The notes beneath the pieces are model-generated. The model saw only the letters and a list, made by a program, of their open reading frames with translations. It was not told the DNA's origin and made no database searches. A program made the translations under genes and the position numbers. A stretch of DNA of 60,817 nt, the filler included. It is 8 parts of 8 records of this genome, joined end to end, with 100 filler letters (N's around TTAATTAATTAA, not from the genome) between each part and the next. Parts side by side here need not be neighbours in the genome. Positions count along the whole stretch, not along the records: positions 28,893 to 37,717 come from SRR31147125_22465; positions 37,818 to 43,302 come from SRR31147125_22496; 6 more parts are not named here. One strand, written 5' to 3'. Numbering within the stretch: the first letter of the stretch is position 1; each line of letters starts with the position of its first letter. Below are positions 30,968-41,462 of the stretch, piece by piece.

Positions 30968-31613
30968 ACAATTGGAAAAAGTATATGGAAATAAAAATAA
31001 TTTTTTTCATGCGTTAAAAGGAATTGATTTGGATATAAAAAAAGGCGACTTTGTATCTATTATGGGTTGTTCTGGTAGTGGCAAAACAACTCTTATGAAT
31101 ATTTTAGGGTGTTTGGATAAACCTACAAGCGGAAGTTATTATTTAAATAATCAGCAAGTGAGTAAACTATCAAATGACGCTATGTCAGATATCAGAAACA
31201 AGTACATTGGCTTTGTGTTTCAATCCTTTTATTTACTGCCTAAATTATCGGCATTGCAAAACATTGAGCTACCCATGATTTATAAAGGAATAACCCCAAA
31301 TATTAGAAGGAAAAAAGCACTTAAAATTTTAGATATGGTTGGACTTTTAAATAAGGCTGATAGTGCCCCTAATGAGCTTTCTGGTGGGCAAAGACAACGA
31401 ATAGCAATTGGTAGAGCCCTTTGTAATGACCCAAGTTTGATTTTAGCGGATGAGCCAACAGGTAACCTTGATAGTAAAACTGGTATGGAAATTATGGAGA
31501 TTCTAAGAAAATTAAATGATGATTCTACAACTATAGTGCTTATTACTCACGAAAAAGAGATTGCCAAGTATACGAACAAAACTTTAACGCTAAAAGATGG
31601 AGAGTTTATTTAA
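30951..31613 (+). CDS. ABC ATP-binding protein (MacB/LolD/YknY-like)
   Basis: Walker [28 protein letters not shown]. Confidence 0.93.
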   Translation: MMIRIRQLEKVYGNKNNFFHALKGIDLDIKKGDFVSIMGCSGSGKTTLMNILGCLDKPTSGSYYLNNQQVSKLSNDAMSDIRNKYIGFVFQSFYLLPKLSALQNIELPMIYKGITPNIRRKKALKILDMVGLLNKADSAPNELSGGQRQRIAIGRALCNDPSLILADEPTGNLDSKTGMEIMEILRKLNDDSTTIVLITHEKEIAKYTNKTLTLKDGEFI

Positions 31614-32802
31614 AAACAATGAGGATATAATGAATTTTATTGAATATATTAAGATGACTATAAATCAAATTAAAAAGAGTAAAACAAGAGCGCTATTAAC
31701 GATATTGGGTATTACTATTGGCATATCTTCAATGGTTACAGTTATATCTGTTGGTGACGGCGGTGAACAACGAATAAAAAATGAGCTTGAGAAGTTTGGT
31801 ATTAATCGAGGATGGATCATTGCCAATGATGGAATTTATGATTCTATGGAAATCAAAACAGCAGATAAAGAACTTATACTGGAGATGGTTGAAGGTATTG
31901 AGAATATATCTGAATCGAAATATGAGAAAGGATACATTGAATATCAAAGTGAGAAAATATTTTCAGTAATTGTTGGAACTAGCGATAAACAATTTAATAT
32001 AGAAAATGCAACAATGAAACAAGGAAGACCTCTTACTCAAGCTGATATAGATTATTTGAGAAAAGTTATTGTCTTGAGCGAAGAGATGAATAATAATCTT
32101 TTTGGAAACAAGGATAGCTTAGGAGAGAAAGTTGAACTTTTCGGGTCAAAATACACAGTAGTAGGTGTTCGATTAGATGAAAAGAGTATTTACAGTTCGT
32201 TTGTCTCTGACAAGTGCTATATCCCAAAATCCACTCTAAATGCTGCATTGGGTTATGATTCGATAGACGAATTAACATTAACAACAACAAACAGCGATCT
32301 ACTCTCCCCCGTCCTATCAAGCTCTGTTAATTTGCTCAATAAAAAGTATGGTCAAGATAGTTTTAAATATATAAATCTTCAATCGCAGCTAGAAAACGCG
32401 CAAAATATTATGGATATATTTAAAATGGTTATATCTGCAATAGCCGCTATTTCACTCTTAGTTGGTGGTGTTGGAATTATGAATATAATGCTTGTGACAG
32501 TAAAGGAAAGAACTAAGGAAATTGGGATAAGAAAAGCCTTAGGTGCAAAAGAACATCAAATACTAAATCAGTTTCTGTGCGAATCTATAATGTATTCTTT
32601 AATAGGAGCCATTGTTGGAATACTACTTTCAATGCTAAATATCGCTGTAGCACAAGTATTGCTTAGTATTTCCATATCCATATCCATTAAATCAGTCATA
32701 TTTAGTGTTGTTTTTGCAATAACAATAGGGCTTGTTTTTGGAATAATACCGGCTAATAAAGCATCAAAATTAGACCCAGTTGAAGCATTACGTCAGGATT
32801 AA
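31597..32802 (+). CDS. ABC permease (MacB/FtsX/YknZ-like)
   Basis: '[13 protein letters not shown]', '[28 protein letters not shown]', 'LDPVEALR'. Confidence 0.92.
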   Translation: MESLFKNNEDIMNFIEYIKMTINQIKKSKTRALLTILGITIGISSMVTVISVGDGGEQRIKNELEKFGINRGWIIANDGIYDSMEIKTADKELILEMVEGIENISESKYEKGYIEYQSEKIFSVIVGTSDKQFNIENATMKQGRPLTQADIDYLRKVIVLSEEMNNNLFGNKDSLGEKVELFGSKYTVVGVRLDEKSIYSSFVSDKCYIPKSTLNAALGYDSIDELTLTTTNSDLLSPVLSSSVNLLNKKYGQDSFKYINLQSQLENAQNIMDIFKMVISAIAAISLLVGGVGIMNIMLVTVKERTKEIGIRKALGAKEHQILNQFLCESIMYSLIGAIVGILLSMLNIAVAQVLLSISISISIKSVIFSVVFAITIGLVFGIIPANKASKLDPVEALRQD

Positions 32803-32959
32803 GTGTGTAGTGCTTATTTAACAACAACCTATACAATTTGCGTCTGTTAATTTAATACAATACTTATATTTATATCTTTGTAATTTATTGCGTATTATTA
32901 AAGTATTAATTATGTTATAATTATTTAACTATCTATACTAATAGAAAAGAGAGCATAAT

Positions 32960-33859
32960 ATGAAATACGCAATTGTAGATATTGGATCTAACACAATAAG
33001 AATGGTAATGTATAGAATCCACAACAATAAAATCGAATATCTTTTAAACTCAAAAATTATAGCAAAGCTAGCAAATTATATTGAAAATAAACGCATGAAG
33101 ATTGAAGGCGTTACGGTTTTAATTGATGCGATAAAAAAACATAAAGAACTTGCATCGCATCATAGTTTAGATAATATAAGATTTTTCGCTACTGCCCCAT
33201 TGCGCGTCGAAAATTCAAAAGACGTTTTAGCGGCGGTTTATGAAGCAACTGGAGAAAAAATTGATGTTTTAACTGGGGAGCAGGAGGCTATATGTGGTGT
33301 TAAAGGGATATCCTATAACTTTGATATATCAAATTGCTTATGCTTAGACCTTGGTGGCGGAAGCTTGGAGATTTCTCAAATTGTTAAAGGAGAAATAAAA
33401 AATATAGTAAGTCTGCCTATTGGTAGTGTTGCTATGTCTAAAAAAAATGTTAAAGGAATATTGCCGGACAATGAAGAAGTAAAAACTATACAAAGAGATG
33501 CTTTAGATAAGCTAAGTGAAATAGACTGGCTAAAAAACAATGAATTTGATATTGCTTATCTTGTTGGAGGAAGTGCAAGAAGCATGATGAAAATGCATAA
33601 AGTGTATGAAGATTCTAAACAAGACATGCACGGTTACAGATTATTTACAAGCGACATATCTAGCGTTTACAATCATATTATAGAATCAGATATTGACGGT
33701 ATTAAACAAATAGATCAACATTGTGCAGGAAGATTGTTCACTTTTATTCCTGGTTTAATCATTATAAAAACTGCATTATCTTATGCAAATGTGCCTCTTG
33801 CCAGGTTATCTCTTTATGGTGTAAGAGAGGGATATCTATTGAATTATGTAATTAATTAA
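32960..33859 (+). CDS. ppx: Exopolyphosphatase, Ppx/GppA family
   Basis: 'VDIGSNTIR', 'DLGGGSLE', 'GVREG'. Confidence 0.88.
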   Translation: MKYAIVDIGSNTIRMVMYRIHNNKIEYLLNSKIIAKLANYIENKRMKIEGVTVLIDAIKKHKELASHHSLDNIRFFATAPLRVENSKDVLAAVYEATGEKIDVLTGEQEAICGVKGISYNFDISNCLCLDLGGGSLEISQIVKGEIKNIVSLPIGSVAMSKKNVKGILPDNEEVKTIQRDALDKLSEIDWLKNNEFDIAYLVGGSARSMMKMHKVYEDSKQDMHGYRLFTSDISSVYNHIIESDIDGIKQIDQHCAGRLFTFIPGLIIIKTALSYANVPLARLSLYGVREGYLLNYVIN

Positions 33860-33868
33860 AATTGTGAG

Positions 33869-36036
33869 GTGTGTAATGGGAAAAAAGTTCCAAATTATTA
33901 TATTAATCGTGAGTTGAGTTGGTTAGATTTTAACTATAGAGTTTTAGAAGAAGCTGTGAAGGAAAGCAACCCTCCCCTAGAAAGATTGAAATTTCTTTCA
34001 ATATATTCATCAAACATTGATGAATTTTTTATGGTAAGAGTTGGTTCGCTTCTTGACCAATCAATATCTGATCATGATTTTGTAGATTCTATATCTGGCA
34101 TGAATTGCAAACAACAATTGGAAAAAATTTATGAAAAGACTAAAAGTATTGATAAATATCTTATTAATGAAGCTCCAAAGCTTTTAGACGTTCTTTCGGA
34201 AAACAATATAATATACATTAAACCAAGTGATATAAAAAACAAACATGAATTCGAAGTGTATTTTGAGCGGTCGCTGATGCCTATGCTTACAATTATGGTT
34301 TTAGATGGTAAACATCCGTTTCCTTATATATCTAATAAATCTGTGTTTGTTGGTGTAAAGCTTGAAACAAAAAACGAAAAAGAGAAATACGGTGTTGTTT
34401 TATTCCCAAAGATTGCTGATATGGTTTTGTTTCAAACAAGAAAAGAAGGCAAAATAGAATATATGCTGTTTGAGGAGATTGTTGAGTTTTATATAGAAAA
34501 GCTGTTTGCAAACTATGATATTGTACAAAAAGGTATTTTTAAAGTTATTAGAAACGCAGACTTGATTTTAGACGATGATTTAGTGAGTGATTCTGATGAC
34601 TATAAACAAGCTATGACAGAGATTTTGAAACGCAGAAAGATGTTGACGCCTGTTAGACTTCAAACAAATTTGAAGAAAAAAATGATTTAGTAGAGACAAT
34701 AGCTGCAAATTTTCAGCTTAAAAAAGAACAAGTATTTTATGGTTACCCATATCTTCATTCTGGCCTTGCGTGGGATTTTGTTGCTAAAGCTTCTAATTTA
34801 GGTTTTAATAACTTAATGTATAAACCAACAAAAAGGGTTTATGTTGGTGGGTTAGAAAAAGGCACTTCTATAATAGAAAAAGTAATGCAAAAAGACTATC
34901 TTATGATTCATCCTTTTGAAAGGTTTGAAACAATAATCAGCCTTTTGCGCGAGGCATCAAAAGACCCAAATGTTTTGTCTATAAAACAAACACTTTACAG
35001 AGTAGGAAATGATTCTGCTATAGTTAGGGCTTTAGTTGAAGCGGCCGAAAATGGAAAAGATGTTACTGTTTTGGTGGAACTGAAAGCAAGGTTTGACGAG
35101 CAGAACAACCTAAACTATGCAAGTAAGCTAGAAGAAGCAGGCTGTAGAGTTATCTACGGAAAAGATAATCTAAAGGTTCATGCAAAAAGCATACTTATAA
35201 CAAAAAAAGATAAAAGAAACGTAAGCTATATCTGCCATTTAGGCACAGGAAACTATAACGAAAACACAGCAAAGCTGTACACGGATATTGGATTTTTAAC
35301 CTCTGATAAAGAGATCGGTTTGGACCTTGTAGGTGTTTTCAATGTCCTGCAGGGTGGCCAACATGAAGAATATTCTAAATTGGCTGTGTCTCCTGAAGGG
35401 ATTAGAAACAAAATATACGATTTGATTGATAAAGAGATTTTTAATGCAAAACATGGTCTTAAAGCTCATATTATATTTAAATTCAACTCATTAGCTGACA
35501 AGGGTATGGTCGAAAAGTTGGTTCAAGCCTCGCAGGCTGGCGTAAAAATTCAATTAATTGTAAGAGGAATATGTTGTCTTAAAGCCGGTGTTGTTGGGTA
35601 TTCTGAAAACATTGAAATAGTCAGTATTGTTGGTAAATATTTAGAACACTCAAGGATTTTTTGGTTTTATAACGGAGGACAGGATAAAGTATATATTTCT
35701 TCTGCTGATTTGATGTCAAGAAACTTAAATAGAAGGGTTGAAGTTTCTTGCCCTATTGAAGAACCTGCCTTAAAGGAAAGATTGTATGATAGTCTGCAGA
35801 TTATGCTTAGAGACTATGGTCATGGAAGACGTATGATTAAAAACGGTACATATGTACCTGTTGAAAAAGTTGAAAAGGGTGTTAAAGACAGTCAGATGGT
35901 TTTGTATGGTAAAGCCGTGAAGATTTCTAAACAAAACATTGATGCCCCTGATAATAAAGGGATCTTTTATAAACTTAAAAAATCAATTGCAGATTCTTTA
36001 AGGTCAGCAGCTTCAAATATTGATCCTAAATATTAA
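33869..36036 (+). CDS. ppk1: Polyphosphate kinase 1; split by an indel at the A7 run 34676-34682 (a second indel at 33881-33886 is probable, with true start ATG 33876)
   Basis: 'NRELSWLDFNYRVL', 'DEFFMVRV', 'IKQTLYR', 'ELKARFDE', 'KVHAK', 'LEHSR'; the frame between the two ORFs is open after the A run. Confidence 0.92.
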
Positions 36037-36393
36037 GGTTTGTTAATAAAGCATATGATTAATTGCATAAAGCATTGTAGTTAAGTATAATTATTATGGG
36101 TTTATGAGATTATTTATATGCTTTTTTTACGGTTTATATAGTACGCTTGTAATAATAATACTGTAATATTCTTGTAAATAATATCTAATGAAAATCCAAT
36201 AGTGCCAAATAACCTGAATATTAAAAAAGATTTTTGATTAAACAATTCATTATAATTTTAAAAAGGAGGAATTGTAGAACAGGCAAAGAAATCAATGCAC
36301 TTAATTATTTAGAGATGATACCGAAAATATATTTTTGGACTGAGTTATATCGTGGCAGCTTTTGGATAAAATATGTAAAGGGGAAATTTAAAA

Positions 36394-37626
36394 ATGATAA
36401 AGAAAGTAACATTAGTGCTTATGATGTTTTTAACATTATTTTTCACTGGATGTAATAATTCTAGCTCAAGTGAGAAAATGGATTATTGGGAAGTGCAAAG
36501 AAAAGGAGCTAATGGCAATGGCGGTGAAGAAAGATTAGAAAATTACAGCAATCCCGAAGAGTGGTTTAAGGCTGCGTCTGAGTGTGATTTTGATTATATC
36601 CGCTTAAATATTGTCAGCTGGCAAGGAGAAGGAAGAGACTTTTTGCTGGGTGATGCAGATAATTATAAAGGTATTGTAGAAAAAGATGCAGAAAAGCTGA
36701 TTGAAAGATTGGATATTGCATATAAATATGATCAAAAAATAGTATTGATGGTCATGAGTTTACCAGGACTTAGATACATACAAGATAACGATTATGAGTT
36801 TGACTATAAATTGTGGGAAGAGAGAAAGTATCAAAAGCAAGCATTTGACTATTGGAAATCAATAGCTGAAATAGTAAAAGATCACCCTGCAATTGTGGGT
36901 TATAATATAGTAAACGAACCTTGTCCAGAACGCAAAGATCAGTTTTACAGTGATAATGTTGCTGAAAGAGAAGAGGACTATTTAAAATGGACGGAAAAAA
37001 ATAAACTATCAGATATTAATCATTTTTATAGTAAAATGGTTAAGACAATACGTAAAGTAGATAAAGAAACACCGATTATTTTGGATTGTTCTTTTGATGC
37101 ATCCCCTGTGGGATTCAAGTATTTAGAGCCAGTTGATGATGAAAACGTTATATATTCTTTTCATTTTTATGATCCGTGGCAGTATACTAGTTTGGATATC
37201 GAAGATACGTATGTCTATCCAGATCAAATGCCAGATTCTATATTGGAAGATTGCGGCACAGAAGCATGGAGTATCGACGATTTAAGGGAGTATATAAAAC
37301 CTGTAAAAGATTGGGCTGAAAAAAATAATATTCCTGCTTCAAGAATTATGGCTGAAGAATTTGGTATTTATAGGGTAAAAGAAGGCGCACAAATGTATTT
37401 TAAAGATTTGATTACAATCTTTAACCAAGAAGGATGGCACTGGTCGTTTTGGGAATTTCGTAGTTGTGGTTGGGGTGGATATGATTATGAGCTAGGTACC
37501 AAGCCACAGAGTGAAGAATTTTGGCTTAAACGTGACGAAGGCATTGCGCATGAAGATTTAGTTGAGCGTAGTAACAATGATCTTTGGAATGTGTTTTTGA
37601 GTGAATTTCAGTCTAATGCTGAATAA
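36394..37626 (+). CDS. Glycoside hydrolase family 5 lipoprotein
   Basis: Lipobox 'FTGC'; 'IVNEP' acid/base, 'SFHFY', 'AEEFG' nucleophile, 'WSFW'. Confidence 0.85.
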   Translation: MIKKVTLVLMMFLTLFFTGCNNSSSSEKMDYWEVQRKGANGNGGEERLENYSNPEEWFKAASECDFDYIRLNIVSWQGEGRDFLLGDADNYKGIVEKDAEKLIERLDIAYKYDQKIVLMVMSLPGLRYIQDNDYEFDYKLWEERKYQKQAFDYWKSIAEIVKDHPAIVGYNIVNEPCPERKDQFYSDNVAEREEDYLKWTEKNKLSDINHFYSKMVKTIRKVDKETPIILDCSFDASPVGFKYLEPVDDENVIYSFHFYDPWQYTSLDIEDTYVYPDQMPDSILEDCGTEAWSIDDLREYIKPVKDWAEKNNIPASRIMAEEFGIYRVKEGAQMYFKDLITIFNQEGWHWSFWEFRSCGWGGYDYELGTKPQSEEFWLKRDEGIAHEDLVERSNNDLWNVFLSEFQSNAE

Positions 37627-37717
37627 GTATTGCATAACTAATAAAGTATGCACAAAATGAAGCATACGATTAAAAATATAATGTATAAAAAATTTGGAGG
37701 AAATTGATATGAAAAAA

Positions 37718-37817
37718 NNNNNNNNNNNNNNNNNNNNNNNNNNNNNNNNNNNNNNNNNNNNTTAATTAATTAANNNNNNNNNNNNNNNNNNNNNNNNNNN
37801 NNNNNNNNNNNNNNNNN
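37718..37817. other. Artificial contig linker
   Basis: N44-TTAATTAATTAA-N44. Confidence 0.98.
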
Positions 37818-37833
37818 CTTGAATTTTAGCCAT
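37818..37833 (-). CDS. rplI: First codons of a probable 50S ribosomal protein L9 (truncated)
   Basis: AAGGAG RBS then MAKIQ, as I recall for fusobacterial L9; follows a YybS-like gene; only 5 codons visible. Confidence 0.5.
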
Positions 37834-37893
37834 ATCTATCTTCTCCTTTCAGCATTCAAATTTAGTTTTGAATTGTTATCCTAGTTTTTATTA

Positions 37894-38715
37894 TTAATTT
37901 CTTTTTGGTTTTTCCAAACTTAATCTTAAATCAAAGCTTCTTAAAGCTCCTATAACAAATGTTCCTATTGGAAAAATATTTGTAAATACTATTACTATAA
38001 ATGTTGATACAACACCATATTTTATTTTTCTTTTTAGGTAATAAAAAGCCACTTTTACACCATAAACTATATAAATTAGTCTTAATGAACTACTTAAATT
38101 AGTTAAATAGTTATTTTCTATTCTAAATATATCTGTCAGAATAACTGTTACAATATACAGTATTAGGTATATATATGACATCTTCCATTTTATCATGTTT
38201 TTTCTATCTACAGCAATGTAAGCCATTACTGTTGTAGTAAATGAATATGAAAATAACATGTAAAACATATGTTTTATAAAAGCTTTATTGTATAGTACTA
38301 ACTCTTGCTCAGATATGTTTAGGTTATCTCTATAGAATATATTTATTAAGTCAAAGTACTCTTTAAAGAGTTCAATATTCTGGGTATAAATGAATGCAAC
38401 GAATAGCGTTGTCAATACGCTTGTTATTATCATTTTGTCAAATGTTCCTATTAATTCATACTTATTAAATATAAAATAAATTAGCTCTATTATACCATAA
38501 ATCCCCATGAATATCATCAATAAAATTTTGTCCTCACCTACAAAGGATGAGTTAAAAATTAAAATAGAATAAACTGCTATATGGAAAAAAATAGCTCCTT
38601 TTCTATCTAAGTTTTGGCTCGTTTTAATCATATGGTATGGAAATATAAAAGCTCCCAACACAAACAGTGTACCTGTATAGAAAAAAACTACCGCCAATAA
38701 TATACTTATAATCAT
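37894..38715 (-). CDS. Membrane protein, YybS/DUF2232-like
   Basis: Polytopic 273-aa ORF immediately upstream of putative rplI. Confidence 0.6.
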   Translation of the reverse strand: MIISILLAVVFFYTGTLFVLGAFIFPYHMIKTSQNLDRKGAIFFHIAVYSILIFNSSFVGEDKILLMIFMGIYGIIELIYFIFNKYELIGTFDKMIITSVLTTLFVAFIYTQNIELFKEYFDLINIFYRDNLNISEQELVLYNKAFIKHMFYMLFSYSFTTTVMAYIAVDRKNMIKWKMSYIYLILYIVTVILTDIFRIENNYLTNLSSSLRLIYIVYGVKVAFYYLKRKIKYGVVSTFIVIVFTNIFPIGTFVIGALRSFDLRLSLEKPKRN

Positions 38716-38759
38716 TTATTTCCCACTTTCTAATCACTTCTCTAATTATCTTATATTTA

Positions 38760-39845
38760 TTACTCTTTATCAAACTTCAAAATTGATTTATAAACTTGAT
38801 TTATTCCCTTGTATATTGAAACGATTACTCCATATTCCTCTTCTGTTCCTAACTTTCCACCTTCTGCAATTCCTACAGAAACTGCATCAATTCTTCTAAG
38901 AAGAGCTGGTGCTATCTCAAAGCATGATGAACTACTATATGTAGAGATATTTAAAAATTCACTTACTTCTAAAAAAATTTCCTCTAATCTACTTTTTTCA
39001 ACTTTAAATTCATCAACTATTTTTAATACTTCCTCTATCTCAACTTTTACTCCCTCTTTTTCAGCTGTTTTTTTAGCAATCTTTTCGATTTTCTCAGATA
39101 GAGATTCTATTTTTTCTATATCAAAACCTCTAATATCTAGTGAAATAGAAGATTTTTCTGGTATCATCTCAAAAGGAGATTCCGAATGGATAGACGATAT
39201 GTTTACCACAGTATTATCTTTACTTAATAGTTCTTTTATTTGACATATAGTCCCCGAAGTAGCAAACACTGGGTTTCCACCACCAATGTCTTTCCAGGCA
39301 TGTCCTCCATCACCAGTAAAATTAATTATATATCTGATAAGATTTACAGTTTTTCTATTAATCTCTCCAAGTCCCAATCCTTCTAAATTAATCAGACCTG
39401 AAGGTTTTACAGCTATTCTATCGAAAAATTCAGTCAAACCTTTGTTTCCTTTTTTAGATCCCGTCGTAGCAACGAAGTATATGTTTTTCTCTAAATAGTG
39501 TTCCTTTAGAAGTTCAGCTAAAAAAGCAAGTGAGTACAATGCTATCCCCGCTTCACCTACTCCCTCTCCAACCATACTTTTAAAAGTTAGCGATATATCT
39601 TTACATACTTTTTCACTATCAAGATTAGCACATATTACTATTGATTTGTTTACTCCAGGTTTTTCCAGTTTTGCAACCATGTTACCTGAGCAATCTATAT
39701 ATGCGTCTTTGAAACCAATGTCGAAAAATAATTTTTGCATATACCTTGCTTTTAGAAGTTCTGAATTGTCTTTTCCCGAAAGCTTAATTAATTCAATTAT
39801 ATGACTTAGAATTTCTTCTTCTTTTTTATCAGTTATCTTATTCAT
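38760..39845 (-). CDS. M20 peptidase-fold protein lacking metal ligands (probable pseudo-enzyme)
   Basis: Dimerisation domain 'FTGDGGHAW...NPV' present, but HxD reads 'ANLDS', EE reads 'GSKK', and the terminal His is absent. Confidence 0.7.
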   Translation of the reverse strand: MNKITDKKEEEILSHIIELIKLSGKDNSELLKARYMQKLFFDIGFKDAYIDCSGNMVAKLEKPGVNKSIVICANLDSEKVCKDISLTFKSMVGEGVGEAGIALYSLAFLAELLKEHYLEKNIYFVATTGSKKGNKGLTEFFDRIAVKPSGLINLEGLGLGEINRKTVNLIRYIINFTGDGGHAWKDIGGGNPVFATSGTICQIKELLSKDNTVVNISSIHSESPFEMIPEKSSISLDIRGFDIEKIESLSEKIEKIAKKTAEKEGVKVEIEEVLKIVDEFKVEKSRLEEIFLEVSEFLNISTYSSSSCFEIAPALLRRIDAVSVGIAEGGKLGTEEEYGVIVSIYKGINQVYKSILKFDKE

Positions 39846-41434
39846 TAATTTTGCTCCTTTTGATGAATAGTTACTGCTTCCTCTTTCCTTTTATTCTCAT
39901 GTACTGACACTATATTTCTACCTCTACTCTTAGATGTATAAAGAGCTTTATCAACATTATCAACAAATTGTTCAGCTGTTAACAATTCTGATTTATTCGA
40001 TTCACCTACACCAAAACTAGCAGTTATTTTTAATTTTTTACTTTTGTAGGAGATGACATGTTCCTCTATCATTGAGCGAAGTCTCTCTGCAAGTGCTACA
40101 GCATCTATAACACTAGTGTCAGGTAATAATATAGCAAACTCTTCACCACCATATCTAGCTACAATATCATCTTTTCTTACTCCAGATTTTAGTATTTTTG
40201 AGATATCTCTAAGAACTCTATCACCTGTTGTATGGCCATAGCTATCATTAAACTTTTTAAAGTAATCTATATCAAGTAAAATAATAGAGGTGTTAAGGTG
40301 TTTTAACATCTCGGCTTTTAGTTTTCTCTTGAAATACATGTGATTATAAACCTGGGTAAGACCATCTGTTATTGCAGAGGCATACAACCTTGCATTATTC
40401 ATTGCAGTTGTTATTTGAATCTTGAGAGTATTATAGAACTCTGTTTGTATATTTTTATTAGTATGAATTACTGCAGCCCCAACAAGTGAGTTTTGAGAAA
40501 CAAAGGGCAACAGATAGGTATTTTCATTAAAACTTATCTCTTCAGAAAAATGTTCGCTTATGAAATCATTCCTCGAGTCAGAAAAATTCTGAATATTTGA
40601 TGTTGAAAGTAATCTAAATTTATTAATTTCATTCATCTTTATTTCAATTTTAGTATTTGCAAACTCATAACCAGTACTTGAATATATTTTAAGACTATTA
40701 CTATCCTCTATGTAGTTAAATATCATAAATTTATCTACATTAAATATTTCAAAGAATATCTCTGCAGTATATCTCAACAGCTCATTTATCTCAAGCGTTG
40801 TATTTAATAGACTGGAACCGTAATTCAATACTTGCAGATTAAAAATCGTTTCATTTAACTCTTTATTTTTCTTTGCTATTAAATTATGAGATATTGCATT
40901 TTCCAAAATTATCCTAATTTGACCAGATATAGTTTCTATAAATTCATCATCTACATCACTATATTGTCCCAAAGCTTTTTCACCAATGAAAATAACAAAA
41001 AAATCAAGTTCTTGCTCTGCTGAAATATCAAAAGCAATACAATAACCATCAGAAAAATTTTCTAACAAATCAGAAAAATAACCTCTTTGTTTGAGCTCTT
41101 TTAAAGGCATCACCTTTTTTTCCATTATGAAATCAAACTCTTTGGCCATTTTTTCTATTGAAATATTTCCAATTGATATATTACAATTTTTATTTGTAAT
41201 TAATTTAGAATTATTTGTACCTACTTCCAAGGAAAAAGCTTTTTGAACAAGATTAACTTCGAAAAACATATCACTAATTATATATCTTAAGCTTTGAATA
41301 TCTCTTTCCATTGCTATTGTTGAAGTTATCTGATTAAGTGCCATAATTTTGAAACTTCGTTCGGCATATTTATCTTTTAATAACTGATATTCATTTTTTA
41401 TTTTATCTATCTCTACTTCTTTATTATCTTGCAT
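39845..41434 (-). CDS. Diguanylate cyclase with tandem GAF-like domains
   Basis: 'AITDGLT', 'LDIDYFKKFNDSYGH', I-site 'RKDD' + 'GGEEF', 'ALYTSKSRGRN'. Confidence 0.9.
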   Translation of the reverse strand: MQDNKEVEIDKIKNEYQLLKDKYAERSFKIMALNQITSTIAMERDIQSLRYIISDMFFEVNLVQKAFSLEVGTNNSKLITNKNCNISIGNISIEKMAKEFDFIMEKKVMPLKELKQRGYFSDLLENFSDGYCIAFDISAEQELDFFVIFIGEKALGQYSDVDDEFIETISGQIRIILENAISHNLIAKKNKELNETIFNLQVLNYGSSLLNTTLEINELLRYTAEIFFEIFNVDKFMIFNYIEDSNSLKIYSSTGYEFANTKIEIKMNEINKFRLLSTSNIQNFSDSRNDFISEHFSEEISFNENTYLLPFVSQNSLVGAAVIHTNKNIQTEFYNTLKIQITTAMNNARLYASAITDGLTQVYNHMYFKRKLKAEMLKHLNTSIILLDIDYFKKFNDSYGHTTGDRVLRDISKILKSGVRKDDIVARYGGEEFAILLPDTSVIDAVALAERLRSMIEEHVISYKSKKLKITASFGVGESNKSELLTAEQFVDNVDKALYTSKSRGRNIVSVHENKRKEEAVTIHQKEQN

Positions 41435-41462
41435 CTGAAACCCATCCCTTGCAACATATTTT

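Noticed and set aside
34676-34690. Programmed -1 frameshift in ppk1 at the A7 run
   Set aside because: No obvious stimulatory structure, not a known feature of ppk1, and the same indel pattern occurs across unrelated contigs
36234-36455. 73-aa ORF upstream of the GH5 gene
   Set aside because: AT-rich, TTG start without RBS, overlaps GH5 out of frame, no motif
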